A DNA stretch of 64,000 bases. It comes from an uncultured delta proteobacterium (GTDB taxonomy: Bacteria; Desulfobacterota; Binatia; UBA9968). The stretch is from NCBI GenBank assembly GCA_963760795.1, contig CAVXEP010000009.1, forward strand, positions 54,848 to 118,847. The letters run 5' to 3'. The position numbers and the translations under genes are program-made. Under the pieces are notes generated by a model that saw only the letters and a list, made by a program, of their open reading frames with translations, made no database searches and had not been told where the DNA came from. Positions 9,330 through 19,003 of the stretch are shown here, one piece after another (position 1 is the stretch's first letter; each line of letters begins with the position of its first letter).

Positions 9330-10766
9330 TCATGACTCCGGCCGGTCTTCGATGGGCCGCGGCATCGGATTCTTATAGTCCGCGTGAAACGACGTGTCGA
9401 CCTTCTTGCCTTCGCTGAATACCATTTCGACATTTTGCGTGTCCGAAATATTCTTCAACGGATCGCCGCCGACAATGACCAGATCCGCCACCTTGCCGCG
9501 TTCGACGCTGCCAAAGTCTTTTTCCTTGCCCCACGCCTCGGCGACATTGAGCGCCGCGGTGCGAATCGCTTGCACCGGCGTCAATCCGGCTTCGACTAAC
9601 ATCTCCAGCTCGGCGTGCAGCGCGTACCCGGGCACGACGTGATTGGGATCGGAGCCTGAATGAATCTTACCGCCGGCGGCGGCAAACCTGCGCACGAACT
9701 CCTGCAGCATCTTGAAGCCGCCCACCACTTCCTGACGCTTTGCCGGCGCCATCTTCTCGTACTTGGCGAAGAAACTTTCGGTGTCTTTGAGAATGTACGG
9801 CGGCAAATATTTCAGCTGCGGATTTTTGAGCAAGGTCAACTCGCGTTTCTTCATGCTCTCCGCGTAACTCGACAACGGCCGAAACCAAGTCGCCCAGGTG
9901 GTGCTCCAGTGGACGTTTTTGTCGATCATCACCTTGATGATCTTGTCGAACATCGCCGGTTCCATGTGAGCGTGCACTTCGGCGGTGTCGATTTTGCCGA
10001 GCATGCGGCCGATATCGAGATCGTTTTTCTTTTTCGGATCTTGAATCGACGTGTAGACCACCGACCAGGAATGCTCCACCGACTGATAACCGTTGGCCGC
10101 CGCGGTGAAAATATCGAGGGAGTGGCCAAAGACCGGCCGGCCGAGTTTGTGCGCCTCGTCCGCCGCAGCCTTGGCGACATGGGGTTTGAGCCGCTCGAAT
10201 AGTTTGATGCCATCGACGCCCTGAGCGACCAAGTCGCGCACCGCTTTGCGCGCCTCTTCCTCGCTGTCGACGATGATGCTGGTGCGCTGGCGCCGGAGCG
10301 TGCCGGTGCCTCCCGGCGGCGGCCCGTCGATGATGTTGGCCGACGCCCACACCCGCGGCCCGCGCACGCTGCCGTTCTTCACGCCCTCGCGCTGCGCGGT
10401 GATCCATTCCACTGGATTGTTGGAAATATTCGGGCAGGTGACCACACCATAGGCGAGATAAAGTTCGCCCATCCAATCGCGGTAGTGACAATGGCCGTCG
10501 ATCAAGCCCGGCAAGCAGCGTCTTACCCTTGGCGTCGATCAGTTCGGCTCCTGCGGAATCGCCACGTCGCCGCGCTTGCCGACCGCGGCAAACTTGCCAT
10601 CGCGAATGACGATGACCGAATCGGCAATCGCCGCGCGCCCCGTGCCGTCGATCAGCGTGCCGCCTTGGATGACGATCGGCCGGCTCGAGCCGACCATGGA
10701 ACAGGCAGAGAAAAGCAGAGTTACCACCAGCAATAAGCAGCGAAACAAAGAGCCAGTCATAGCCAT
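9330..10766 (-). CDS. Amidohydrolase, probable lipoprotein (frameshift near 10520)
   Basis: Lipobox LFSA-C; GGTLIDGTG; PGLIDGHCH; GSD; GSVERGKVADLVIV. Confidence 0.85.
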
Positions 10767-10865
10767 AAGTGTCGGTTCCTCCAGGTTTGATGTGAAGCGG
10801 TATTCACCGCGGATGCTCAGAGTTCGCATGGTTTCTGCGGTGCGATCTCCGATCCTAGTTTTCTG

Positions 10866-12539
10866 CTACTTGAATGAAACCACCAGGTAGACGGCGTTGG
10901 ACTCCGAAGCGGCAACGCCCGGATCGATCACGGTAATTTTATGCGTGCCGGCCGTCAGCGCCGGCACTTGCACTTCCAACTCCCTGCCGTTCAAGAATTT
11001 GCTGGCGGCTTTTTTGCCGTTCACCAGCACCTGATGCGACGGCCGAAAGTTGGCGCCGGCTAACTTCACCTGGCCGGCCGCGCCCTCAGTCAAAGCCGCG
11101 GGGGAAACTTGCGATAAACTTGTGATAAAACGGTCCGACATCGGCCGCGGAATCGGGTTGCGGTAATTCGCATGGTACGAAGTGTCCACCGCTTTGCCGT
11201 CGGTGAACACTTTTTCAATATTCTGGGTCGCCGAAATGTCTCGGGTCACGTCGCCGCGCACGATCACCAGGTCGGCGACTTTGCCTTTCTCTACGCTGCC
11301 AAAGTCTTTATCTTTGCCCCAGGCTTGGGCGACGCTAAGGCTGGCCGATTGGATCGCTACCAGCGGACTCAAGCCGGCGTCGATGGCGAGTTCTAACTCG
11401 GCATGAACGCCATACGCCGGCAAGAGCGTGCCCGGATCCGATCCGGAATGGATCTTGCCGCCGGCGGCGACGTAGCGGCGGGCAAAGTCCTGGACCATTT
11501 TGTAAGCCGTTTCCAACGGCGCGCGCCGTTCCGGCGTCATCTTTTCGAAGCCGGCGAAGTAGCTCTCGACCGCCTCCAGATTGTACGCCGGCAAATAGGC
11601 TAGGTTGGGAATCTTCAAGGTCGCCAATTCGCGCTTCTTCATCTCCGCCGCGCGCGGCGACAGCGCGCGAAACTGCGTCGCCCACGCCGGGCTCCAGTGA
11701 ATATCCTTGGCGATCATCGCTTTGATAATCTCGTCGAACTGCTCCGGCACCATGTTGACATGGGCTTCCACGGTGCCGACCTTGCCGACCATGCGGTTCA
11801 TGTCGACCTCGGCGCGCTTCTTCGGGTCCTTGATGGTCGTGAACATCACTGCCCAGGTATGCTCGATGGAAGTGTAGCCGGCGTCGATGGTCTCCCACAT
11901 ATTGACCGAGTGGCCGATCACCGGCTTGCCCAGCTTGCGCGCCTCGTCGGCGATCGCCTTGGCGACTTCCGGTGACACCCGTTCGAGCACTTTGAAACCG
12001 TCCATGCCCTTCGCGACATGATCGCGCACCGCCTGGCGCGCCTCTTCGTCAGTGCGCACGATGATACTGCCGCGCTGCCAGCGCTGCTCCGGCATGCCCT
12101 GCGGCCGCGGCCCATCGAGCGCATGGCCGGAGATCCACAAACGCGGTCCGCGAATCTTGCCTTTCTGAATGCCCTCCTTCTGGGAAATGATCCATTCCGT
12201 CGGACTGTTATTGATATCGGGGCAAGTGGTCACGCCGTAGGCGAGATAAAGCTCGCCGAGCCACTCCCAATAATGGCAGTGGCCGTCGATCAGCCCCGGC
12301 AAAATCGTCTTGCCCTTGGCGTCGATCACCTGCGCGCCGCGCGGAATCGTCACCTCGCTGCGCTTGCCGACCTCTTGAATGCGCCCGCCGGAGAAGACAA
12401 CGACGGCGTCCTCCACCGGCGGCCTCCCGGTGCCGTCGATCAACATCCCGCCGACAACGGCGACGGGCCGCGTCTGCGCAGCCAGGTCGGTCCGAACGTC
12501 AATCAAAAGCACAGCCACAAGCATCAACCATTGCCACAT
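10866..12539 (-). CDS. Exported amidohydrolase with C-terminal IPT/TIG-like beta domain
   Basis: Signal peptide; PGLIDGHCH; GSD; C-terminal ITSLSQVSPAAL..GANF..ELEVQVP..ESNAV. Confidence 0.88.
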   Translation of the reverse strand: MWQWLMLVAVLLIDVRTDLAAQTRPVAVVGGMLIDGTGRPPVEDAVVVFSGGRIQEVGKRSEVTIPRGAQVIDAKGKTILPGLIDGHCHYWEWLGELYLAYGVTTCPDINNSPTEWIISQKEGIQKGKIRGPRLWISGHALDGPRPQGMPEQRWQRGSIIVRTDEEARQAVRDHVAKGMDGFKVLERVSPEVAKAIADEARKLGKPVIGHSVNMWETIDAGYTSIEHTWAVMFTTIKDPKKRAEVDMNRMVGKVGTVEAHVNMVPEQFDEIIKAMIAKDIHWSPAWATQFRALSPRAAEMKKRELATLKIPNLAYLPAYNLEAVESYFAGFEKMTPERRAPLETAYKMVQDFARRYVAAGGKIHSGSDPGTLLPAYGVHAELELAIDAGLSPLVAIQSASLSVAQAWGKDKDFGSVEKGKVADLVIVRGDVTRDISATQNIEKVFTDGKAVDTSYHANYRNPIPRPMSDRFITSLSQVSPAALTEGAAGQVKLAGANFRPSHQVLVNGKKAASKFLNGRELEVQVPALTAGTHKITVIDPGVAASESNAVYLVVSFK

Positions 12540-12584
12540 AGGACAACTCCTAAAACGGTTTGAACCTCTTCAGCAATCCGACAA

Positions 12585-13571
12585 TCATTTGTACAACTGA
12601 TCGATAAAGCCGCTCTGGTCGAGCTGGCGCAAGAACGTCAGATTGAAAAGCTCCTCGATTTTCAATTTTTTCACCGCCGGTTCGCGCGCGCCCATAATAT
12701 CGAGGGTCGCTTTGACAGCGTTCATATCGGGATAGGGCTTTCGGCCCATCTGATGCTGCGGGTGGTTCTTGTACGCGAGCTCGATCATATCGCGGTCTTT
12801 GGTGCGTAACAGATCGGCGAAATATTGGCTGCTGCGCTCTTTTTCGCTCAGGAAGAAGCGCACGCCTTCGAGATAGCCGCGCATATATCGCTGCATCACG
12901 TCCGACTTCTTCGCGACGATCGCGGGCGTGGTGACGATGGTGCTGCCGAAAAACGGCAGTGTCGGCATATCGAGCACGCGAAACCCGCTGCGTTTGGCAA
13001 AGGCGGATTCCGCGGAGGCAAAAACCGTCGCGTCGATGACGCCCTTTTCCATTGCGACGAAGCGGGCCTGGCCGACCTGGACGATGGCGATGTCTTTGTC
13101 CGCGTCCAATCCGAGCTTTTGAAACAGGTAGCGCACCATCAGTTCGGAGATACCGCCGAAGCGGATGATGCCGACCTTTTTGCCTTTAAGCTGCTTGATG
13201 TCTTTGATCTCGGGCCGCGTCACCACGTCGTATTCGAGGGTATTCGATTGGGAAAGCAGGAAAGTCAGCTTGACGCCATGAGCCATCGCCTGCAACGCCG
13301 CCACCGGCGCGCGCATGTCCAGGTCGACGTCGTTATTGAGCAGCGCACTGATCGACGCCGGCCCGCCGGTGATAAGAATCAACTCGACGTCGAGTCCCTG
13401 TTTCTCGAACAGCCCGGCGCGCTGGGCGATATAGGTAATCCCAGCGGTGTTGCCGGTGACGGAGGCATAGGAAATGCGCAGCTTCTCAGCGGCGGCGACA
13501 CTCGACGGCAACAGCAGCGCCAATGAGAGCGTGAGGAAGTTTTTTAGGCTGCGCTTGACCGACATCGGCAT
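12585..13571 (-). CDS. SsuA/NMT1-type substrate-binding protein
   Basis: Signal peptide; GLFEKQGLDVEL; LKGKKVGIIRFG. Confidence 0.9.
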   Translation of the reverse strand: MPMSVKRSLKNFLTLSLALLLPSSVAAAEKLRISYASVTGNTAGITYIAQRAGLFEKQGLDVELILITGGPASISALLNNDVDLDMRAPVAALQAMAHGVKLTFLLSQSNTLEYDVVTRPEIKDIKQLKGKKVGIIRFGGISELMVRYLFQKLGLDADKDIAIVQVGQARFVAMEKGVIDATVFASAESAFAKRSGFRVLDMPTLPFFGSTIVTTPAIVAKKSDVMQRYMRGYLEGVRFFLSEKERSSQYFADLLRTKDRDMIELAYKNHPQHQMGRKPYPDMNAVKATLDIMGAREPAVKKLKIEELFNLTFLRQLDQSGFIDQLYK

Positions 13572-13624
13572 TTCATTGCTCCGTTAAACTCTCACACGGT
13601 AACCAATCCCAACCAGAGAATAGG

Positions 13625-14014
13625 TCAGACACCAAGCTGAATTCTGCTGCCGAAGATACGCCGGATCGGAAAGGATTCAAGGTCTATGTCTTCCAAACAC
13701 CTTACGTTAACGGCCCAACCGTCAAAGGGCGCTACTCCTTCTTTCAATTCTTGTGGCGTCGGATCGCTCGGTCGTCGGAAAGGCAGGATGCCGCATGTTG
13801 GGCAAAAGTAGTCCACCGCCGTTCGAGATCCCCATTGATAGCGGACCAGGTCTTCCCATGGAGTCAGCAGTCGAAGACTTTCTCTTGCAACGCGATAAAT
13901 CAGCGCACCTCTGCGAACACAGACCGAGCAGTCGCAGACTCGAACATGATCGATCTCCGCGTCGACTTCGAACTTGACCTTGCCGCAATGACAGCTCCCG
14001 CGGTAGGTTTTCAT
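13625..14014 (-). CDS. GFA (CENP-V/glutathione-dependent formaldehyde-activating) family protein
   Basis: GSCHCG, CDCSVC and FCPTCG Zn motifs. Confidence 0.9.
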   Translation of the reverse strand: MKTYRGSCHCGKVKFEVDAEIDHVRVCDCSVCVRRGALIYRVARESLRLLTPWEDLVRYQWGSRTAVDYFCPTCGILPFRRPSDPTPQELKEGVAPFDGWAVNVRCLEDIDLESFPIRRIFGSRIQLGV

Positions 14015-14557
14015 AGCGCTTAATTAATACACACACAGGCTTTTGTCGATGTTAATTTCTGCTGAGGTCACGCCGCGAGAATAAGTCGATTGGTACGAGT
14101 AGTTGAGAAGTCCGTTTGTAGCACAGGAATCAATTCGGCCCATTGTCTCCATTCTAGAGGGCCAGCGCTTAGAGGGGGTCTGAGATTGGGTTCTGCGTTC
14201 GATGCCGCTGGCAGCTGACCTGGAGGAAGACGAGAGCGCCAAGGTGAAGAGTTAATCTCAAACAATCAATGCCAGATACTGATTGTTGACCGATGTTTGG
14301 ACCAGAAATCCATTGCTGAGTTTTATCGCAAGGCCGCACAGGTTCACTTCGACTCCACTACGCCACCTCCAAACCATTTCGGTTCTATTTCTCCTACTGT
14401 GGTAACCACTTGTTTGCTAAACCGATTTTCGGTAGGTGCGTTCATTGGGACGCCGTCGCAGAGGCAAACCGATTGTCGCACTAGCCGTTTCGCGCCGGGT
14501 TGGCAAGCCTCGTAACGTGCCTTCTCCAGCGACCCTAGGTTATGGTATTATCCGGCT

Positions 14558-14782
14558 ATGGATTATCAGAGAATCATAACCATTGAGCCTGATAAACGAA
14601 GCGGCAAGCCCTGCATTCGCGGCACGAGAATGACGGTTACCGACGTATTGGAATACCTTGCAGGAGGCATGACGCAGGAGGAATTACTGGGGGAATTCCC
14701 CGATCTTACCGTTGAAGATATCCGTGCCTGCTTCGCGTTCGCTGCCGACCGCGAGCGCAAGCTCGCAACTCTTCCGGGATGA
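14558..14782 (+). CDS. DUF433 antitoxin
   Basis: RSGKPCIRGTRMTVTDVLEYLAGGMT..PDLTVEDIRAC. Confidence 0.92.
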   Translation: MDYQRIITIEPDKRSGKPCIRGTRMTVTDVLEYLAGGMTQEELLGEFPDLTVEDIRACFAFAADRERKLATLPG

Positions 14783-15111
14783 AGCTCCTTTTCGACCAGA
14801 ATCTCTCGCCTCGTTTTCCTCGAACTCTAGCTGACATTTATCCTGACAGCCTTCACGTTCGGGAAATCGGCATGCGCGAAGCAACCGACACGGCAATCTG
14901 GGAATATGCGAAATCAAATGAATTCACGATTGTGTCGAAAGACTCTGACTTTCAGGCGCGCAGCTTACTGTACGGTAGCCCGCCAAAGTTCATCTGGCTG
15001 CGTGTAGGGAACTGTCCGGTCAAGCTCATCGAAGATTTGCTACGAAACCATTCCATAGCAATCCATACCTTTGCTCAAAACGAACGGGAGGCTCATTTGA
15101 TGTTACCGTGA
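14779..15111 (+). CDS. DUF5615 PIN-like toxin (VapC45-type)
   Basis: MKLLFDQNLS, SKDSDF, PPKFIWLRVGN; ATGA overlap with DUF433. Confidence 0.9.
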   Translation: MKLLFDQNLSPRFPRTLADIYPDSLHVREIGMREATDTAIWEYAKSNEFTIVSKDSDFQARSLLYGSPPKFIWLRVGNCPVKLIEDLLRNHSIAIHTFAQNEREAHLMLP

Positions 15112-15327
15112 AGAGTCCATTTTGAAAGGCATCGGTGCTTTGAGAGACCTTCAAGCGAACTGACGAGAATGATTCACTTCCGCATTTCGAACCCTGTTAG
15201 CTGTCCATCGTCATGGATGGGGTCAACGCTTAAGTAAATAATAAAGCTGTGACTCGCATTTCTGCTCCTGCTCGGTTGATATGAGTCAAGTATGGAATAC
15301 AGCACGTCACTCCCGGGTATCGACTTG

Positions 15328-15978
15328 CTACCGTATCGGTCCTGCTGCAGCGGATGGTTGGAGGTGATTCAACTTCAGCTCGGCATGAGCTTCGCGCGCC
15401 ACAAGTAACGCCGAGCGTAAGAAAATGGCGCAGATAAACGCGCCGACCACGATGTCCGGCCAAGGGGAAAGCGTGATCCGCACGGCCAATGCCGCTAACA
15501 ATACCGCGGAGTTCGCGATGAGATCATTTCGAGAGCAGAGCCACACCGACCGCATGTTGATGTCCTCCGCACGGTGGCGCCAGAGCAAGGCAAAGCAGAC
15601 GCCGTTCGCGGCCAGCGCAAGAGCGCCTATCGCACCCATTGTCTCTACCACCGGGAGCTGAGGGAAAAGCAGCTTGTACGCGAGCTGCCCAAAGACGAAA
15701 AGACCAAACAGCCCCATCACCGCTGCCTTGGCAAGAGAGGCGCGCGCTTTCCATACGGGACCGCGCGCGACGACGTAAAGACTAAAGCCATAAACAAGCG
15801 CGTCGCCGAGCATGTCGAGGGAGTCCGCTAGCAGGGCCACGGACCCAGCGAGCAAGCCCGCCACAAGTTCGACGACAAACATCGCAGCGTTCACGAGCAA
15901 AACGAGGCGAAGTGTCGCCGTTTGCCGCCCGCGCAGCCCGTCGATAGCGCAACTCTTATCGCTACAGCAATCGTCCAT
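15328..15978 (-). CDS. Cation diffusion facilitator (CzcD-like, TM domain only)
   Basis: SVALLADSLDMLGD; NMRSVWLCSRND; N-terminal CC..C. Confidence 0.88.
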   Translation of the reverse strand: MDDCCSDKSCAIDGLRGRQTATLRLVLLVNAAMFVVELVAGLLAGSVALLADSLDMLGDALVYGFSLYVVARGPVWKARASLAKAAVMGLFGLFVFGQLAYKLLFPQLPVVETMGAIGALALAANGVCFALLWRHRAEDINMRSVWLCSRNDLIANSAVLLAALAVRITLSPWPDIVVGAFICAIFLRSALLVAREAHAELKLNHLQPSAAAGPIR

Positions 15979-16348
15979 AATCCAAACATCTAACTACCAA
16001 TAATATAGACCGACGTTCGCCGATATCAATCGCCACTGGCCAGACAAAGGCCGTTGTTACAGGAAGAAGTAAAATCCTTCTGTTGGTGTTGAGGGTCAAT
16101 CATCGCGCGGTACTGACCCGTAGCGCTATGATTCATGCCGGCAAGCGGTTGAAGGTACTCTGATTGAAGAAGACTGCGGCAACCGGGGGGAAACGCAAAT
16201 ATCAAACAATAAATGCATGACTTTGATACCTTGACCTGAAGTCTGCGCATTGGCCGGCCGGGGGATTGATGGGCGTTACTTCGACGGCGGCTTCAACTAG
16301 TCGCAGAATTGCTATGAGGTCAAAGTCTGACTCGAACGCCTACCTGAC

Positions 16349-17323
16349 TTAATGCCTACCTGTATCAATATTTGAATCTATCCGCTGAGCAATTCTTTGG
16401 GCCAGAAACGATACCCTCCCATTTTGCGTTGTAATTGTTCGGGTGCTTGCCTCGATCCGATAGTACCGATTCTTAGTGATGAACGGTTGAACCCAAGGAT
16501 CGTCGTCACGATAAAAGACAACATCCTCAGCACATCGGACAATCAAACGATTGATTTTCATGATCTCTTGGTGGTTTACCTTACGGCAACTGCTGCTGAA
16601 ATTTTTGAAAGAGAAATCCGTCCGCTGCCTGTCGAACGTGCGGTCGGGCACGATTCGTACAGCAAGGTTAGGTGCAAGAGGGATTATTCTATTCAACGTG
16701 CGCGGGTCAGTGGTATCCTCGATGGCCACGGGGAAGTCGCTCGTGAAAAACGGGCTGCTGTTAAATTCATTTTGCAAAACTTCCCACTTAAAATTTCCAA
16801 AACTTGCTGTCATACCCAGTATGTTACCGATCCCGATCGCCTGCGGAAATTTCGGATCAATCACTACCTGAACGTTCCCACTTTGCAGAAGATCAGTAAG
16901 ACTTTTACCACCTAAGGCGGGTGGCGGTGGCGGGATTTCGCCCTTCGCATCAAGTTCGAACGCTAAATTCTCCAGCCGTTTCTTAAGCGGCTCGGAATTA
17001 ATGCGCATGCCTCCTGGTGAACAGGTGTTTACGAAGGCAATAAAACCCGCAATCGTGTAAATGCATTCTGTGTTAATCTTCCTTGTCTTGAGCATTTCCA
17101 ACGCGGCATCGTATTTTGGTTCTATAACTTTCAGAAATTCCTCAATCGCCCGATCATTTTGCAAGTAGGCATTCGTGCTGCCGTCATTGATTCCGCAGAC
17201 AACCTTTGAACTTGGCGTAAAAGACTTTAAGTCACTCTTCCGCATGGCATACATGCGATCACCGAGAACGGGTGAATAGAACTTTCTAAGATGCACTTGG
17301 GAGACGTAATGATCCAGCGGCAT
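16349..17323 (-). CDS. DUF4238 domain protein
   Basis: N-terminal HYVSQVHLRKF and FFTSDFPV motifs; low GC. Confidence 0.75.
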   Translation of the reverse strand: MPLDHYVSQVHLRKFYSPVLGDRMYAMRKSDLKSFTPSSKVVCGINDGSTNAYLQNDRAIEEFLKVIEPKYDAALEMLKTRKINTECIYTIAGFIAFVNTCSPGGMRINSEPLKKRLENLAFELDAKGEIPPPPPALGGKSLTDLLQSGNVQVVIDPKFPQAIGIGNILGMTASFGNFKWEVLQNEFNSSPFFTSDFPVAIEDTTDPRTLNRIIPLAPNLAVRIVPDRTFDRQRTDFSFKNFSSSCRKVNHQEIMKINRLIVRCAEDVVFYRDDDPWVQPFITKNRYYRIEASTRTITTQNGRVSFLAQRIAQRIDSNIDTGRH

Positions 17324-17538
17324 TACTGATTATTTAAGTCAAGAAATCCTGAACATCCATTGATGAATCCAGAAGGCGAATGTGATTTCCGTCAACCACG
17401 ACTTACCCAGGCCGGTGTCTACATCAAATTTATTGGGTTTTCACGGCCCTCGATGACACGCATTTACTTGCTAATCAGAGCACCAGAATAATGTATGTAT
17501 GGTCTCATGAAAGCCAATTTATCTTCGAATGCGTATGC

Positions 17539-17567
17539 AAAAAACAGTCGCTATTCTGGCAGCGACT
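17539..17567 (-). terminator. Intrinsic terminator overlapping the stop of the CMD-fold gene
   Basis: AGTCGCT-GCCAGAAT-AGCGACT-G-TTTTTT on the minus strand. Confidence 0.7.
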
Positions 17568-17826
17568 TACTCCGCGCCTTCACCCGCTGATTGAGCGACT
17601 GCAAAACTCCCGCGTCCACCGCCGAGATCACATCCACCGCTGCGTCTAGTTCTTCTTCGGTCATCCCCGCTTTCCTTGCGTCCGCAAGGCGCCGATCCAC
17701 TCACGGATCGCACAGCCGCATCATCGCCACGGCGAGCCCCATGAGCATCTTCTCGCGCTCGCTCAGACACTCGACGGCATGGGCGTCGCGATAGAAAGTT
17801 CGAAAATCTGCTTTGTTGGTTGCCAT
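17551..17826 (-). CDS. AhpD/carboxymuconolactone decarboxylase-fold probable selenoprotein (CxxU), 91 aa
   Basis: AAGGA SD; MATNKADFRTFYRDAHAVECLSEREKMLMGLAVAMMRLCDP(TGA)VDRRLADARKAGMTEEELDAAVDVISAV...E*; the TGA (codon 42, 17701-17703) occupies the second Cys of CxxC. Confidence 0.85.
17674..17689 (-). promoter_or_regulatory. Bacterial SECIS-like hairpin
   Basis: CCTTGC-GGAC-GCAAGG begins exactly 11 nt after the in-frame TGA and has a G-initiated apical loop. Confidence 0.72.
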
Positions 17827-17981
17827 CGATTAGTTCCTTCCGGGATAAATACTCCGGTGAGTCCTAACTCACCAACATCCTTGCGTGTTAGAAATTAATA
17901 CACTCCCCGTGACCTTGACGGGGCGGCGTTTACAGCCAGTCCTCGCGTTCCACGCCGAAGCTCGTCGTGGAGCACCCTCGT

Positions 17982-18888
17982 TCACTGCACTTGCGTGCAT
18001 TGCAGATCGGCGCCAACGGTCAGGGGACCCGTGTAGAACTTCTTCAGTTCAGCGATGGCAGCATCAAGATCGAACTCACCGATGTGACTGACAATCAGTC
18101 GCCCAACGCCCGCGTCTTGGGCGACCTGACCGACGACCGCAGGTGAAGCGTGACAGGGATTACTTGCACTTGCGGCAGTTGCAGATGCATGACCAGGACA
18201 TTCGCTCCCTTTGCGAACTCGACGAATTGGGGTTGGTACCGGTCTGATCGGAGCTGAATACTATCGACACATCCCGAGTTTGCACGCGGTACGCCAGAGT
18301 CGGGAGATTGCCGTGCGGTATTCCCACCGCGGTCACGGTCACTCCCTCCCGGTCGAACACTATCGACGGTTCTGCTTTCGTCACATCGACGACGCCGACA
18401 TCGAGACGAACACCTCCCCCCGTTTTACTCTGCGTGCCTCCCAGGTGGGACCGAGCACTTGAAAGGCGCCATTCTTCTCATCGAATAGGCGACTGAGGAA
18501 TACCGGGAAGGCCGGCGCCACGTCGTTGCCGGAAGGACCGACTATGGGCAACGGGTCCTTGCGAGCCTGATGGCTCAACCACAGGAGTGCGGGCAGATCA
18601 GAGACGTGGTCGGGATGAAGATGGCTTATGGCGACCAACGACAGGTCGCTAAGCTTTGCTTGGGCCTGGCCAAAGCGAAGGAAGGCTCCGCCGCCCATGT
18701 CGACAAGCATCCTCGCCTGAGCGCCGATCCAAAGGAGGTAACTGGTCGACGCGCGATCTCGATTGATCCGCGGGTCCACCAGAACCGAGGATTTGCACAG
18801 CTACTGGATGTGCCTCACAGTTTTGAGCCGATGCGTTGGATGGAATTGCGAGAAGAGCGAGCAAGCACACAATCCCGGATCGATTCAT
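17982..18888 (-). pseudogene. Exported MBL-fold hydrolase (RNase Z/AtsA-like) with several frameshifts
   Basis: Signal peptide + ILGSGGP; SHLHPDHVSD; PHG; FSSD; VSH motifs spread over at least three frames; may be sequencing error rather than true decay. Confidence 0.75.
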
Positions 18889-19003
18889 CAGTAGTGCACC
18901 TCCGTATGCTTCAGTAAGTCGCGGAAATTTTAAGAATCCACGCTGTGCGCGTAACTTAGCGATCAGTTGGGCAGCCCCAAAACCCGTAACCCGATAACAA
19001 CTA

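Noticed and set aside
14024-14515. Short ORFs between GFA and the TA pair
   Set aside because: No recognisable motifs, SDs or consistent frame; looks like decayed DNA
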